NCBI RefSeq assembly: GCF_001194135.2
Contig: NC_068999.1
Location: forward strand, 37,524,859-37,588,858
DNA: 64,000 bases
DNA from: Octopus bimaculoides
Taxonomy: Eukaryota
Reading direction: 5' to 3'
Below are positions 28,886 through 42,044 of this stretch, in pieces (the stretch's first letter is position 1; each line of letters opens with the position of its first letter). The position numbers and the translations under genes are program-made. Under the pieces are notes generated by a model that had not been told where the DNA came from, made no database searches, and saw only the letters and a list, made by a program, of their open reading frames with translations.

Positions 28886-29214
28886 GGTATATATATATAA
28901 AAACATATAGTTTATATTCATATAAAAGAAGAGAAAGAAAATGGAGATTGGGAAGTTAATGGTTCAGTCTGCTATAATGAATCCATAAACACATATAAAA
29001 CATCCAAAAGTATATTTTTTCCCCTCTGAAAATATTATGATCAGGACATGAATTTAATGTTTACTTAATATTTACTGAGTATTAATTGAAACAGCTGTAA
29101 GTGAAGATGATTAATTTGCTGTTAATAATAAACTGTTATTATCTTCCCAATCTCCATTTTCCTTTGCTTCTTTTATATAAATTTAATCTATGTTTATATA
29201 TATATATATATACC
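28886..29214. mobile_element. ~330-bp foldback element with ~75-bp imperfect terminal inverted repeats
   Basis: Left arm 28886-28960 (ggtatatatatataaaaacatatag...tataaaagaagagaaagaaaatggagattgggaagttaat) is the near reverse complement of 29138-29214 (attatcttcccaatctccattttcctttgcttcttttatata...atgtttatatatatatatatacc). Confidence 0.8.
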
Positions 29215-30309
29215 CATATATATTACACATTTATAAAAATTCAATTAACGGTTAAGAACTTCATTAAAGGATAATCAAATCCAATGAATATATTGGTTTA
29301 TTACCTATTACAAAAAGTATTCGATATTATTACATTTAATATTTAACTTTAACGTAATTGGATAAACCGGGGTTTGGGCGCGATGAAGAACCAGCTCTGC
29401 TAAAAATAATAGTCAAAAATACTCCGAAGCCACAAAAATTAACACTAGATTTTCTCAGGCGTGGTTGGAAAAACCAAGTGAATAAGGATTGCGTCTGACC
29501 TCTGCAAAATTGCACGATGAAATACCAGTTAACCTGGTATCATGCTTTTGAAGTTAGCGCCAAAAGCACTTAATTCTCTTCGGCCAAGTCTACTCATAAC
29601 AAACCTATATTGACTAATGAAATGCACAAATTCAGAAACACACACTCGCACCTTAAGCATCAACGCATACACAAGACTATGCGCGCGCGCACACACATTT
29701 GTATTAAAATATCCGTACATATCTATTTGTGCTTGTATACCAAAATGATTCTCGACTAATGACACCCTGATTTATTTTAGTCAGGAAGTTATATTGTTTT
29801 GTTTTCTTTAATCAAAGGAATTATGAATCAATCCAAAGAAACCAACAACCCGAATAACAGCAACAAGAACATCTACATCAACCAATCAAACAACAACAAG
29901 AACAAAAATTCTAACTCTATGAAACTAACCTAAAAGCCAACAATAAGAAAACGGAATGAGCGATTTAAGATAAGAAGAAGGAAACAAAACAGAAATGGTT
30001 TTTAAAAATTGAGTTTGACAAAAATTTAGCAAAAATACAAGAAAATATTTAAAAGGAAGTTAGATTAAAAAAAAAAGATGAAATTAAGCAAAAATAAACA
30101 AATAAAGTAAAATAAAGAAAAAAGAAGAAATTTGTAGAAAAATCTGGAAAGATAATTTTATTAGGTTTCGAAATCGATATTTTTGGTTTGACAATGTTTC
30201 CGGAGGTCAAATGTTTTAAATATATTGTTTTATATTTTGTTAATAAGAACTTATTTGATTCCTATCGATTGACTGATTAATTGATCGATTGATCTGCAGA
30301 AGTTTTGAA

Positions 30310-30333
30310 GAAGTCAACAACATCGACAACGAC

Positions 30334-30404
<71 letters not shown>

Positions 30405-30639
30405 GATCATCATCATCATCATCATCATCAAAAACAACAACAAAAGCAGCAATAATTCAGAAGACACCGACGATAACAACAACAGCAACACCAACAACGA
30501 CAACGACGACGACGACGAAGACGATGACAGCAAAGAGAACAACATCAACAAGAATAATATCGCCATCATGATTATTATCAATAATATCGACAAAAGCATC
30601 GATGATAACATTAATACCGACAACTGATAACAACAATAA

Positions 30640-30692
<53 letters not shown>

Positions 30693-30816
30693 ACGACAGG
30701 AACAATAATATCAACAATCACAATAGAAACATAATGGCAACAAAAATAATCATTAACTACAGCGACAACAGAAAATATCATCATCATCATCATCCTCACC
30801 CTCATCCCCATCCTCC

Positions 30817-30852
<36 letters not shown>

Positions 30853-30890
30853 GCAGCAGCAGCAGCAGTAACAGCAGCTGTAAACGAATA
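30310..30890. repeat. Compound AAT/CAT/CAA/GAC/CAG trinucleotide tract
   Basis: Direct; source of the poly-N/Q/S/I ORFs. Confidence 0.9.
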
Positions 30891-31417
30891 ATAAAACTGC
30901 ATGAGCAATAAAACCGACAAAACAACATAACAACAACGACGGCAACAACTTAATCGCTATTAACGTTCATTAAATGTCACCACTTCCGGTTAACGTCCAT
31001 CTTGAATTGGTGTTTGGATAGAAAATATATTACGTGCTCATTCACACCTTTTACTCAGCAACACCGACGAATGAATCCAGAGAAAGAATAGCATTTCACT
31101 GCCGTTAATATTATGGAAGCGAAAGCGTTGAAGGAAGCTGCTGGGATTCCTCTTGGTTAACAGATTGAAAGAAGCCTTGCTTTACTATGGAAAATAGATA
31201 CAGGTAATATATACGTATATATATATATATATATACTTATGCATGTATATACATATATATGGTGTTATATACATATATGCGTGTGTGTGTGCACGTATAC
31301 ATTCATACACACACGCGCATATATGAGTGATGAAGCAGAAGAAAGTAGCGCTCAGCATACTTGGTTGGAGTATAAGTAATGGGAAGCGGATTCAAACTGT
31401 TATTAAACAAATACACA

Positions 31418-31448
<31 letters not shown>

Positions 31449-31764
31449 GCACGTGCATGCATACCCATGCATACATAGATACATATATATGTGTGATAGA
31501 GTATATATATGTATATGCCTGCATATGTATACACACACGCAAACATATGTATGTTAGAATGAAAATTTCCCAGAGAAGCGAAGTACGAGAAAAGATGTTT
31601 ATTCCATCAGTGGAATTGGTGGCAATTTCTGACATAAGTGACAATGTTTCTCAGTGACGTGTTAGGATTTCAACTCAGAGACAAGGCAGATACGACAAAC
31701 CATCCCATTCGGTGCTCTACCAATTCCATCAATCCATCGCTCCCGACTGGCATGATTTCCTTTT

Positions 31765-31893
31765 TTTCAAATCGAACCGAAAGGATGAAAGACATAGTTA
31801 ACCTCGGTGAGATTTGAACTTAGTGCTCAGAAAATCAGAATAAATACCACAAAACATTCTAGCCAACAGTTTAACAACTTTACCTACTCGCTG
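31765..31893 (-). mobile_element. SINE family 1 copy
   Basis: cgaaccgaaaggatgaaagacatagttaacctcggtgagatttgaactt...ctactcgctgc. Confidence 0.7.
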
Positions 31894-33074
31894 CTTTAAA
31901 CACAAAGAAAGTGTTTTAATAATACATTTGCGACTGAGGAAAATCTATAGTATGGTTCAAACGCTATGGTTTGGGATAGGATTGGATTAGACCAATGTGT
32001 CGGGCCAAAGTTATCCAGTCAGTGTCACACCGACCAGCTTTTAGGAACCACTCGTTCTGCTTTTGATTGGTCTCCGTTTAAAAATAATGCTTTTGTAGGA
32101 TAACAAAACAAAGAAAAAAAAAACGAGAGTCCATTGAATATTTCCTGCAGCAGAAAAACGTCCATGTAAAATTGTGGCCAGCCATCAGTGTAAATTAAAA
32201 CCCCTCAAAACATTTCGAAGACTAACTTGGAATGTACTTGGACGCCATTAGCTTCGACCTAGCATAACTATGAAAACTGGTGAAAGCTATCGAGGTGTCG
32301 ATACCTATCCCCAGAGATCGAATCCATCAACCGATAATTGTTCATGCATGGCAGATGGCGTCATCAATGTAAATAATGGTCACATCTATAACTGATCTTC
32401 GTAATCCAATCTTCGTAATCCAATTACAGGATTCCGTGACATAAAATCCCCAGACTCCTTTACTACAATTCTGGTCACATTTTCGCACTTTCTCTGAGAT
32501 CGATTACTTGAGGTCTGATGAAATTTTCGTAAGATATACGCAGAGAAAATAAATAAATAAAATATAAATAAAAAAATATGCCCGAAATTTAGCGGATTGT
32601 TTTGTATTTTTGATATTCTGGAAGTCGGTTGCATTGACATTATTGTATCTTATACACCGTGTCGTGTAACATGTCATTATATATCTGCAAACATTCACAC
32701 ACTGTCTTCTTCTTCTCTCTCTCTCTCTCACAAATTTCTCGTCGTAAGCACACAAACAAAGATACACACTCGCACATACAATATACATGCACACATACAT
32801 CATGCATACGCACAGGCACAAACATAGAAACATGCAAACACAGATGCACACCTCCATACATGTTTGGCGCAGGTGCAGTAATATCAGTGTAGCAACAACA
32901 AGATAATGCGTTCTGTTATGGGATTGATATCCAAGACATTGTCCTTTCTCAATACCACACACGTGAAAACACACACACACACAACACACGTACGCGCGCG
33001 CACACACACACAATCAAAATCAGCGAATGGAAATTTTAATATGTTGCTTTACGAAACACGAATGACAGGACAAG

Positions 33075-33124
<50 letters not shown>

Positions 33125-33861
33125 GCACACATATACGTATACACATATATGCACACATATATATACGCACATACATATACATATATGCATATATATATAT
33201 ATACATAAATGTATCTATCTAGATATATGTTTGTGTGTGTATATATATGTGTGTATGTATATATATATATATATATATGTATAGATATACATATATGGAT
33301 GTATGTATATGTACACAGAGACAGATATGCTGAGGCACGCAGACACGTATATGTGCATAGGAAAAATGCATAATAATTGCAAACTATGTTTCTCTTGTAT
33401 AATTCTATAATTCCGTTCATGTTTCATAAATCAATTTGGTAATTGGTTTCTTTAATGTGAAATATTTTAACTGTAAATTAATGAGAGCGAAAGGCAAAGT
33501 GGAGAATATGAAGTTCAACTTGGCATTTGTACTCTGTGGCCTTCATTACCTTTTTCCTACATTTAATGAATACAACTAGATTTAAGTTGCTTTGTTTTTG
33601 GGTTTTGGAAAATTAGGCACGCTTACGCTTGTATAGTGATAATACACACACACGCACTCACGCACGCGGGAGTGTGCGTGTGTATATGTGTATGCATATA
33701 TGTATGGAAATATACATATATGAAAATATATATGTATGGAAATATATATACATCTATATTTATATATATATACAAATATATATATATATACATATTTATA
33801 TATATATAAACATACATATATATATATATATATATATATGTACAGACATACATATGTGAGT

Positions 33862-33907
<46 letters not shown>

Positions 33908-34190
33908 CATACACACAAATTCACACACATACATAGACATGTTTACATATACTGGCGTATATATGAATTCATATGGACATACACACGCACCTGTTCAAGC
34001 ATGTACACACATTGTTTATACATAAGTATTGATATAATTCAATATTTTTTATGAAAAATATTCATTAAGCTGGGCCCTAAATTCTCATTAATAAATTTCT
34101 ACTTTCAGGCAGTACAGGAAAACAAAAGACGAAGACAGGTGTATAAACAACAAACAGCGGTATTAGTTTAACGCTCGGGCAGGTGGAAAA

Positions 34191-34230
34191 GTCTTTTACG
34201 TTTCGAGCCTACGCTCTTCAACAGAGAGGA
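34191..34230 (-). ncRNA. Candidate minimal type I hammerhead-ribozyme-like motif (atypical U at position 6) in a dispersed repeat
   Basis: Minus strand: tcctct CTGTTGA A GAGC gtag GCTC GAAA CGT A aaagac. Stem II is perfect, stem III is the ACGU palindrome, stem I is imperfect. Confidence 0.55.
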
Positions 34231-34736
34231 ACACAGAAAATAAATAGGGAGAGAATAAAAAAAAAAGCTTCAGGTGCTAGCGGTCAATCATGGCGGCTGG
34301 CTAGACAGAGGTAGTTAGACTGGAGAGCTCGTAAGAAGGGGAGATAATAAAGTATTGGCGATCCCAAAACGAAGGTGCGCGTGAGTATGTATACAAGAGT
34401 ATGTAAGTGTGTGCGTGTGGATAGGGGCTGGTGACCTTGACGTGTGGATGTGTGCGGGCGTAAGTCTGTGCGTCTGTAATGTGTGCGTGTGTGGATGATG
34501 GTGTGAGTGCTAGAAAATGGTCAGTAGTNNNNNNNNNNNNNNNNNNNNNNNNNNNNNNNNNNNNNNNNNNNNNNNNNNNNNNNNNNNNNNNNNNNNNNNN
34601 NNNNNNNNNNNNNNNNNNNNNNNNNNNNNNNNNNNNNNNNNNNNNNNNNNNNNNNNNNNNNNNNNNNNNNNNNNNNNNNNNNNNNNNNNNNNNNNNNNNN
34701 NNNNNNNNNNNNNNNNNNNNNNNNNNNNNNNNNNNN

Positions 34737-34935
34737 GTGTTGGGGTGTGTGGATGCGAGGGTAGGGTATGTGGGAGTGTCATGTGTGGGTAGGGGTGGGG
34801 TATGTGGGAGTGTGATGTGTGGGTAGGGGTGGGGTATGTGGGAGTGAGATGTGTGGGAGTGGGATGTGTGGGTGTGGTGGGATGTGGGATGTGGGATGTG
34901 GTGGTGTTGGGATGTGTAGGGGTGGAGTGTGGATA
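34737..34935 (+). repeat. G-rich degenerate minisatellite (~34-bp units, gggtaggggtggggtatgtgggagtgtgatgtgt)
   Basis: Direct; many GGG runs. Confidence 0.8.
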
Positions 34936-34949
34936 GATAAACAGTGTAT

Positions 34950-36290
34950 CTAGCTTTGTGTACATCTTTGTCTACATTCCTCACCTCATCACCTTTACAT
35001 AATACCATACTCTGATATTTAGTTTTCCCTCAGTTTTTTCGTTGAAATTCTGTTCTTTCTCTATTTATTACTTCTATTTCTTGCCCTTCAAATTTACTAA
35101 TTATTCTGAAAGTGGAAAATATTTTTGGGTGGTATTAATGAATCGCAGTTATTATATTAGTTACTTTTTATCTTTTACTGGAGTTGTTAATGTCAGATAT
35201 TAAATATTTCATAATAATTTTCTTTTAAGACCATTTCTATTAAGTGTTCATGGTAAAAACAAGCTTTTAGTGTCAATAAATTCGTCGTTATCTTCCACTA
35301 TTCTCGTATTCATATAACATCATGCTGACAATACTGTAGCAGTAGCTTAGAACTGGAATAACTAATTTTTTTTTCTACCTATTCCATTGATTTTAAAATT
35401 TACTTCAGTATATAAGAATGTGTTTATAATTTTCTTTCATTTCTCCATGTAAGTCGTTGTGTTTCTTCACTAAACAAGTATTTATTCTAATTATCTTATC
35501 TCTGTTTCTTTATCTAACTTAATATTACTGTTTTCTCTTCTATTAATTGGCCTGTCTTCAAGATTGCCTTGGCGCAGATTCGTCCAAACCGATTTCCATG
35601 CCAGTTTTCTCACTCAATCTGTGCAGCATATATATCAATGGTTCCAATTATTTGTCATCTGCAGTAGAGCTCCAAGCCATTCCATTCATCAGAGATGGTC
35701 GATTGTTATCTCGATCCATATCCGTATTGTGTCTTTTAAATACGTTAGCACCAGACAGAAAAGGAGCGGCGAAAAAGGAGTCTCGTGAGAACATCTCTCA
35801 TCTAATAAGAATCGTTTACGTTTCTATAATCATTTTTCTTTTGCTTTGCATCTATAAATTTGTTTTTCATTTATTTGTGGCATGCATGACGTAACTTGCT
35901 TGTTATTGGTGTTATCTTACTCTTGGCTAATGTTTTCGCAATTCACCAGAGGGAGCCACTGTCAAAAGATTTCTTGTAATCAATTTATTATATTCCTTTT
36001 CCACCTAAATGTCCTCAGTTATGGCTTTGTTGATCAATAACTGATCTTTACAGCCATAACCTCAGCCTTTACAACGGTACTTCTGCAACTCTGCGCCGGT
36101 TTTGGTTATTTTCTTGCGTCACGGGAAGCAGAAAATACATTTTCTCTTACTAATACTGCATAGGCTTTCTATACTGCAGGTTAGATCAATTGTTGTGTCT
36201 GTTGCTTTGAGGTGTTTGCTCTTTTGTCAGTTCGTACCGTTTCCCATGTTTCATTTTGGGCAAGATTAATCTGTTACAGATTAACATTGT
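34950..36290 (-). mobile_element. R4/Dong-like reverse transcriptase domain, heavily decayed
   Basis: Minus strand: GYGCKDQLLINKAITED (~36010-36060); IDYKKSFDS (~35959-35982); SPLLFCLVL (~35747-35772); IDHL; EKTGMEIGLDESA. The order matches RT subdomains. Confidence 0.8.
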
Positions 36291-36714
36291 CAATAAAAAC
36301 TTCTCTATAATATTTATATATATCACAACATCACAATGTTCCATAAGGTACAATACAATTACAATATAACGAGCCGTAACAAAATATACAGGATTGTCCA
36401 GCGCCTCACTTTATCTTAAACATTATCACAACACCAAACCAGTTTCGTGTTCCGCTTAACAACCTCATAATGCAAAACATCACAACATTCAATGTCTCGA
36501 TAAACGGCCACCTCATAATATAAAACTACAACACACTTCAATATATCCTCACTATCACAAACGCCCTCATCACCACCATCATCACCATAACAATCAACAT
36601 AATCACCACAACCACCACCACTTCACCACGATGACCACCAATCCACTACGACGACGACCACCACCATTGTCGCAGTCGTCATCATGAGGGCCGTTTAGCG
36701 AAACAGGTTTCTCT

Positions 36715-36905
36715 TCTACAGTAAACCTCCATTTTGTCCGCTGCTTTTCTTTGCCCTTGGATCCACGGCATGCCTGTCAGCTTCCGTTGATTTTAACCGA
36801 TCCCTCTAAGATGATCTTCTGGTGTTGCAATTATTTTATCTCCTCCAGTCTTCCGTTCAGCGCTTGCCTTGAAGAACCATTATGCCATATCCATCTTTTC
36901 ACTTC
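36715..36905 (-). mobile_element. Possible RTE-type LINE 3' fragment
   Basis: KRWIWHN...KIILEGSV...RGSKGKEKQRTKW resembles the RTE C-terminal W.GH..R...ILEG...G.R.RGR....W motif. Confidence 0.35.
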
Positions 36906-37169
36906 TCGTCACTGAACCCCACTTCAGTTTTCAACTGGTACTTTATTATTTGTTGAACTCGGCAAAATTTGAACATCCGTAACGTCCGTAACGGTAAAGA
37001 ATGCCACCATTTATTCTGTATATTACAAATTGCTCGCATTCATACTTAAAGAGGCTCAAGGAAAGAAATTCAAACAGGAAAGACAGAGCGAGAAGAGGTA
37101 GAGAAAGCAGTGTAAGTTTGGCGAGGATCCGATGTTATTCCATGAAACTAAACAAGCCATCATGATGAC

Positions 37170-37268
<99 letters not shown>

Positions 37269-38025
37269 TATACACACACATACACACTCAGACACACATA
37301 CATTCATACATACATACATACATACATATATACATATACACGTGTGGGATATATTTCATCCTCATGTCTGTTGCATTTAGTCTTCAAAATAAAGGTTAAA
37401 ACACAAAACTAAATAACTAAATAACTAAATAAAGAAAACAAATAAATAAATAAATGACTACTTGTAAGACATTCGTCTTGTTCAAACCAATTTTCAGAAA
37501 ATAACACAATATGTTTACTTATTGCTTTCAAATTATCCAAGAAAAAATTTACTTAAACAAACAATCTTAAAGCTAAGGAAACATATTGCTTTACAATTCT
37601 TGTGGCGGACGTTCAGATTATACACAGTATATATCTAGAAATATACTGATTTATGCATACATACATACATACATACACACATACATACATACATACATAC
37701 ATACATACATACATACATACATAATCCCATACACAAAGGATACGTACGGCATGTGTGCATAAATACAGGCATAGTAATTTACATATACGTTACATATACG
37801 TTATACACAAGCATGTATATATCCATAAACACGGAGAAGTGTGCATTTATACATTCAATACACATTTCAAGTTTTAAGCAGTATAGAAAAGCACATACAT
37901 ACAAATTTATGAGCATATACATACATAAATACATAGATAGACATATGTATGTATATATATGTATATATATGTATGCATCTATCTATGTGTGTCTCTCTCT
38001 CTATATATATATATATGAGTGTGTG

Positions 38026-38079
<54 letters not shown>

Positions 38080-38089
38080 AAATCCCTAG

Positions 38090-38180
38090 AATACACTTGC
38101 CCAATGTGCCACACAGTGGGACTGAACCTGGAACCATGCGGTTCGTAAGCAAGCTACTTACAACACAGCCACTCCTACAC
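38090..38180 (-). mobile_element. SINE family 2 head
   Basis: Reverse complement ggagtggctgtgttgtaagtagcttgcttacgaaccgcatggttccaggttcagtcccactgtgtggcacattgggcaagtgt, with A-box-like and B-box-like motifs. Confidence 0.85.
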
Positions 38181-38236
<56 letters not shown>

Positions 38237-38741
38237 CGCACATACACATATATACATATATATACGTATGTATGTGTACACCACAAACATACTAATATAT
38301 AAACACGTAGATAGAATTCATACATATTGTCAGATGTAGAGAGACAGATCCGCGCACACAGCACGCGCGCGCGCTGGCACATAAATTTAATATTTCTTCC
38401 GCGCACTCATTTGTAGCAAAAGTCTACAAAGAAATGCGAAACGACTTCTTACAGATTTCTCTGTCTGATTCTCTTCCCCCCTCTCAGTCGCACTCTCTCT
38501 CTCTCTCTCTCTCCGTATACACATATGCACACACACCATACGCATACACGCACCATTGCACGTGCATATGTGAGCGTGTTTGCGCCTGTGTTTACATACA
38601 TATGTGCATGTACACATACACAATAACAATCACTCACATATACATCTAGACATATGTGCATAATGACGCATATATACATCGGCATACACCTGTGTGCGTG
38701 TGCGTGCGTGCGTGTCTTTCCGTCTCTGTGCGCGTATATGC

Positions 38742-38788
<47 letters not shown>

Positions 38789-38947
38789 ATATATGTATAC
38801 GTATATGTAAATATATGTGTACATACATATATACATACATACGTGCACATAAAAACGCACTCACGTTTATACATACATACATACATACATACACAAACAC
38901 AAACACATACACAAATATGCATATATGTATGCAGTTATGTATGTATG

Positions 38948-39005
<58 letters not shown>

Positions 39006-39691
39006 TGTGTGTGTGTACAGAGTTGTCTCCATAGACTAACAAACATGTTATACATAAACGTATGCAAATAGATATCCATATGCAAACCAAACTAATTTCA
39101 CCATTCCACAGAAATCAAGAATTACTGAAACGGAATAAGGAATTCAGTGATTAGCATTACCAAAATAAAAACAACAATAAAAGATAGAAAGAATGCAGCA
39201 GCGAAGAAAGCGAAGAAAGCGATTCTGTGTTGATGACAGGCAGCCAAAGATTGTCTCTGTTGATGTGATTATTCTTCTTGTTGTCGCACATGTTGTGTTG
39301 GTGCAACATTAAAACGGAATATTTGTTGCAAGGAATGATTGTGTGATACACAAAATTAAAACGTTGAAGATTAAAACATTAGATTTGAGCGAAAGAGAAG
39401 CAAAATGGAGAATCAATAATAATGATAAAAAATAAAAAAAATAGGAGGGAACAAAAAAAAAAACAAACGAAATTGATGAAAAAGAAAACTTTGATAATGA
39501 TTTGAATTTTGTGGAAGGTTTTTGATAGATTGTGTGAATTTGGTGCGGATACTTATCAAGCTTGCACGAATATCAACGGAGAAAATGCAAAACACCATAT
39601 ACGTACATGCACACACACGTACATCCATCCATCTATCCATCCATCCATCCATCCATCCATCCATCCATCCATCCATATACATACACACACG

Positions 39692-39726
<35 letters not shown>

Positions 39727-40490
39727 NNNNNNNNNNNNNNNNNNNNNNNNNNNNNNNNNNNNNNNNNNNNNNNNNNNNNNNNNNNNNNNNNNNNNNNNNN
39801 NNNNNNNNNNNNNNNNNNNNNNNNNNNNNNNNNNNNNNNNNNNNNNNNNNNNNNNNNNNNNNNNNNNNNNNNNNNNNNNNNNNNNNNNNNNNNNNNNNNN
39901 NNNNNNNNNNNNNNNNNNNNNNNNNNNNNNNNNNNNNNNNNNNNNNNNNNNNNNNNNNNNNNNNNNNNNNNNNNNNNNNNNNNNNNNNNNNNNNNNNNNN
40001 NNNNNNNNNNNNNNNNNNNNNNNNNNNNNNNNNNNNNNNNNNNNNNNNNNNNNNNNNNNNNNNNNNNNNNNNNNNNNNNNNNNNNNNNNNNNNNNNNNNN
40101 NNNNNNNNNNNNNNNNNNNNNNNNNNNNNNNNNNNNNNNNNNNNNNNNNNNNNNNNNNNNNNNNNNNNNNNNNNNNNNNNNNNNNNNNNNNNNNNNNNNN
40201 NNNNNNNNNNNNNNNNNNNNNNNNNNNNNNNNNNNNNNNNNNNNNNNNNNNNNNNNNNNNNNNNNNNNNNNNNNNNNNNNNNNNNNNNNNNNNNNNNNNN
40301 NNNNNNNNNNNNNNNNNNNNNNNNNNNNNNNNNNNNNNNNNNNNNNNNNNNNNNNNNNNNNNNNNNNNNNNNNNNNNNNNNNNNNNNNNNNNNNNNNNNN
40401 NNNNNNNNNNNNNNNNNNNNNNNNNNNNNNNNNNNNNNNNNNNNNNNNNNNNNNNNNNNNNNNNNNNNNNNNNNNNNNNNNNNNNNNNNN

Positions 40491-41455
40491 TACTTCAATG
40501 TGAAGGTGTCCAGCACCCTTGTCACAGTTTCCTTCATGTTTTCAATGTCTTCAAAACGACTGCCAGCTTAGAGAACAACCGACAAGCCACAGAGTGTAAG
40601 GTGTGGACTGTGATGGAGAGTGAGGGGCAGTTTTGATGCGCATCTCTTTGATGCAACTAGTTAATAACAAGCAAAGCTATGCGCACTGGTGCGTTATCTT
40701 AGTGCGCTCACCACCAACCCGAACGGAAGAGTTCTGACATTTTGTGATTAAATCTTTTCGTGAACTTCCTCAAAACCTCCACAAAGTACTCTCTTCTTCG
40801 TTGACCGTTATGCCAGAGGGAACCCTGTGCATGTGGCTGAGGTCCTTGCTGTCGAACGAAAGGGGATCGTCATGAGCTTCCTGGTGGACTTGCTTTGTCT
40901 GGCCTTCTTGTGTCTGGGGGAGCCATGATGCTTCTGTTTGGCTCCCAGTCTCTTGGTTGCAGGATGTTAACACTAGATCTAGCTTTCACTACAAATCATC
41001 AGAGACTCAAGCACACTTGCATTCGAGATAATGAGCTCAAACATCTCCCAACGCTTACCAATGTATCTTTTCTTCTGTTCATCACTGAGAACCCAAGGAA
41101 CAAACTGCACGAATTTTGCTTCTGTTTAGATCTTCATGCATAATTCTGCGAACAGTCGCTACACCAACTCAAAATTTATTGTCTTTACAGACCCACGACG
41201 GTCTTCATCTAGAAAATTACGCTTTATCTCAACCAATTCTGTGGTTCTAACGTCTTGATCCCTCCTATATCTCTCATCAACTCTCATCTTTAACCTCTTG
41301 TGGCAGCCAAAAACGGTGACTCGCTTCATAAAAGTTAATCCAAGATCAGTGTGGAGTGTTTCATAATTTTCTGTAACGTTTTTGCCGTTTTGGTACAAAA
41401 ATGTATTGCATAACCAGCTTCCAAATTGTCTTCGCGACCCGACAGCTGACAATCA
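40491..41455 (-). pseudogene. Decayed mariner-family transposase, nearly full length; 3' end runs into an N-gap
   Basis: Across frameshifts: SGREDNLEAGYAIHFC; GKNVTENYETL...RVTVFGCHKRLK...DEDRRGSVKTI; QFVPWVLSDEQKK; GSPRHKKARQSKSTRKLM; RVPSGITVNEE; YFVEVLRKF; DNAP; IKTAPHSP; SRFEDIENMKETVTRVLDTFT. Confidence 0.9.
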
Positions 41456-42003
41456 TACGCAATATTTGAAAGATACCTTTTTGTATTGCAGCAACGAAAA
41501 CCAACAACAGCAACACATACAACTTTCGACTCGATGGCTTAGATGAAGAAGATTTAGTAGAACTTGTGTTTTGTCACCATATTTTTTCAATAGATTTCTC
41601 TAGTTTACCGAGAACTAAATTCTGACCAGCAAAAGACTGACCTAATAACTGATGACTTTCACTATACAAACCAAACGCGTGTGTGTATATATACGTATAC
41701 ACACACATACGCACACATATACATACAACCATACGTATATACATACATACATACATATATATATATATGTAGATACATATTCACACATATATTTATACAT
41801 GTCTACGTGCATAAATACTTGATGCTTATACACACGCACACATACACATAAATATGTATGTATATATTTATATATAAATATATGTGCATAGAGACATACA
41901 CATATGCGTGTATATATGTATATATGTATATGTTTGTATTTTCGTTGATATGTACATACAAATATGCAACCTTATACATCCATATGTGCATGTTTATAAG
42001 TGC

Positions 42004-42044
<41 letters not shown>

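Noticed and set aside
31933-31965. CTGAGGA-aaatc...ggtt-CAAACGCT hammerhead-like string
   Set aside because: Lacks G12, has no UH triplet and no stem I.
38120-38180. tRNA-like A/B boxes considered as a tRNA gene
   Set aside because: No cloverleaf or acceptor stem; it continues into SINE family 2 body sequence.
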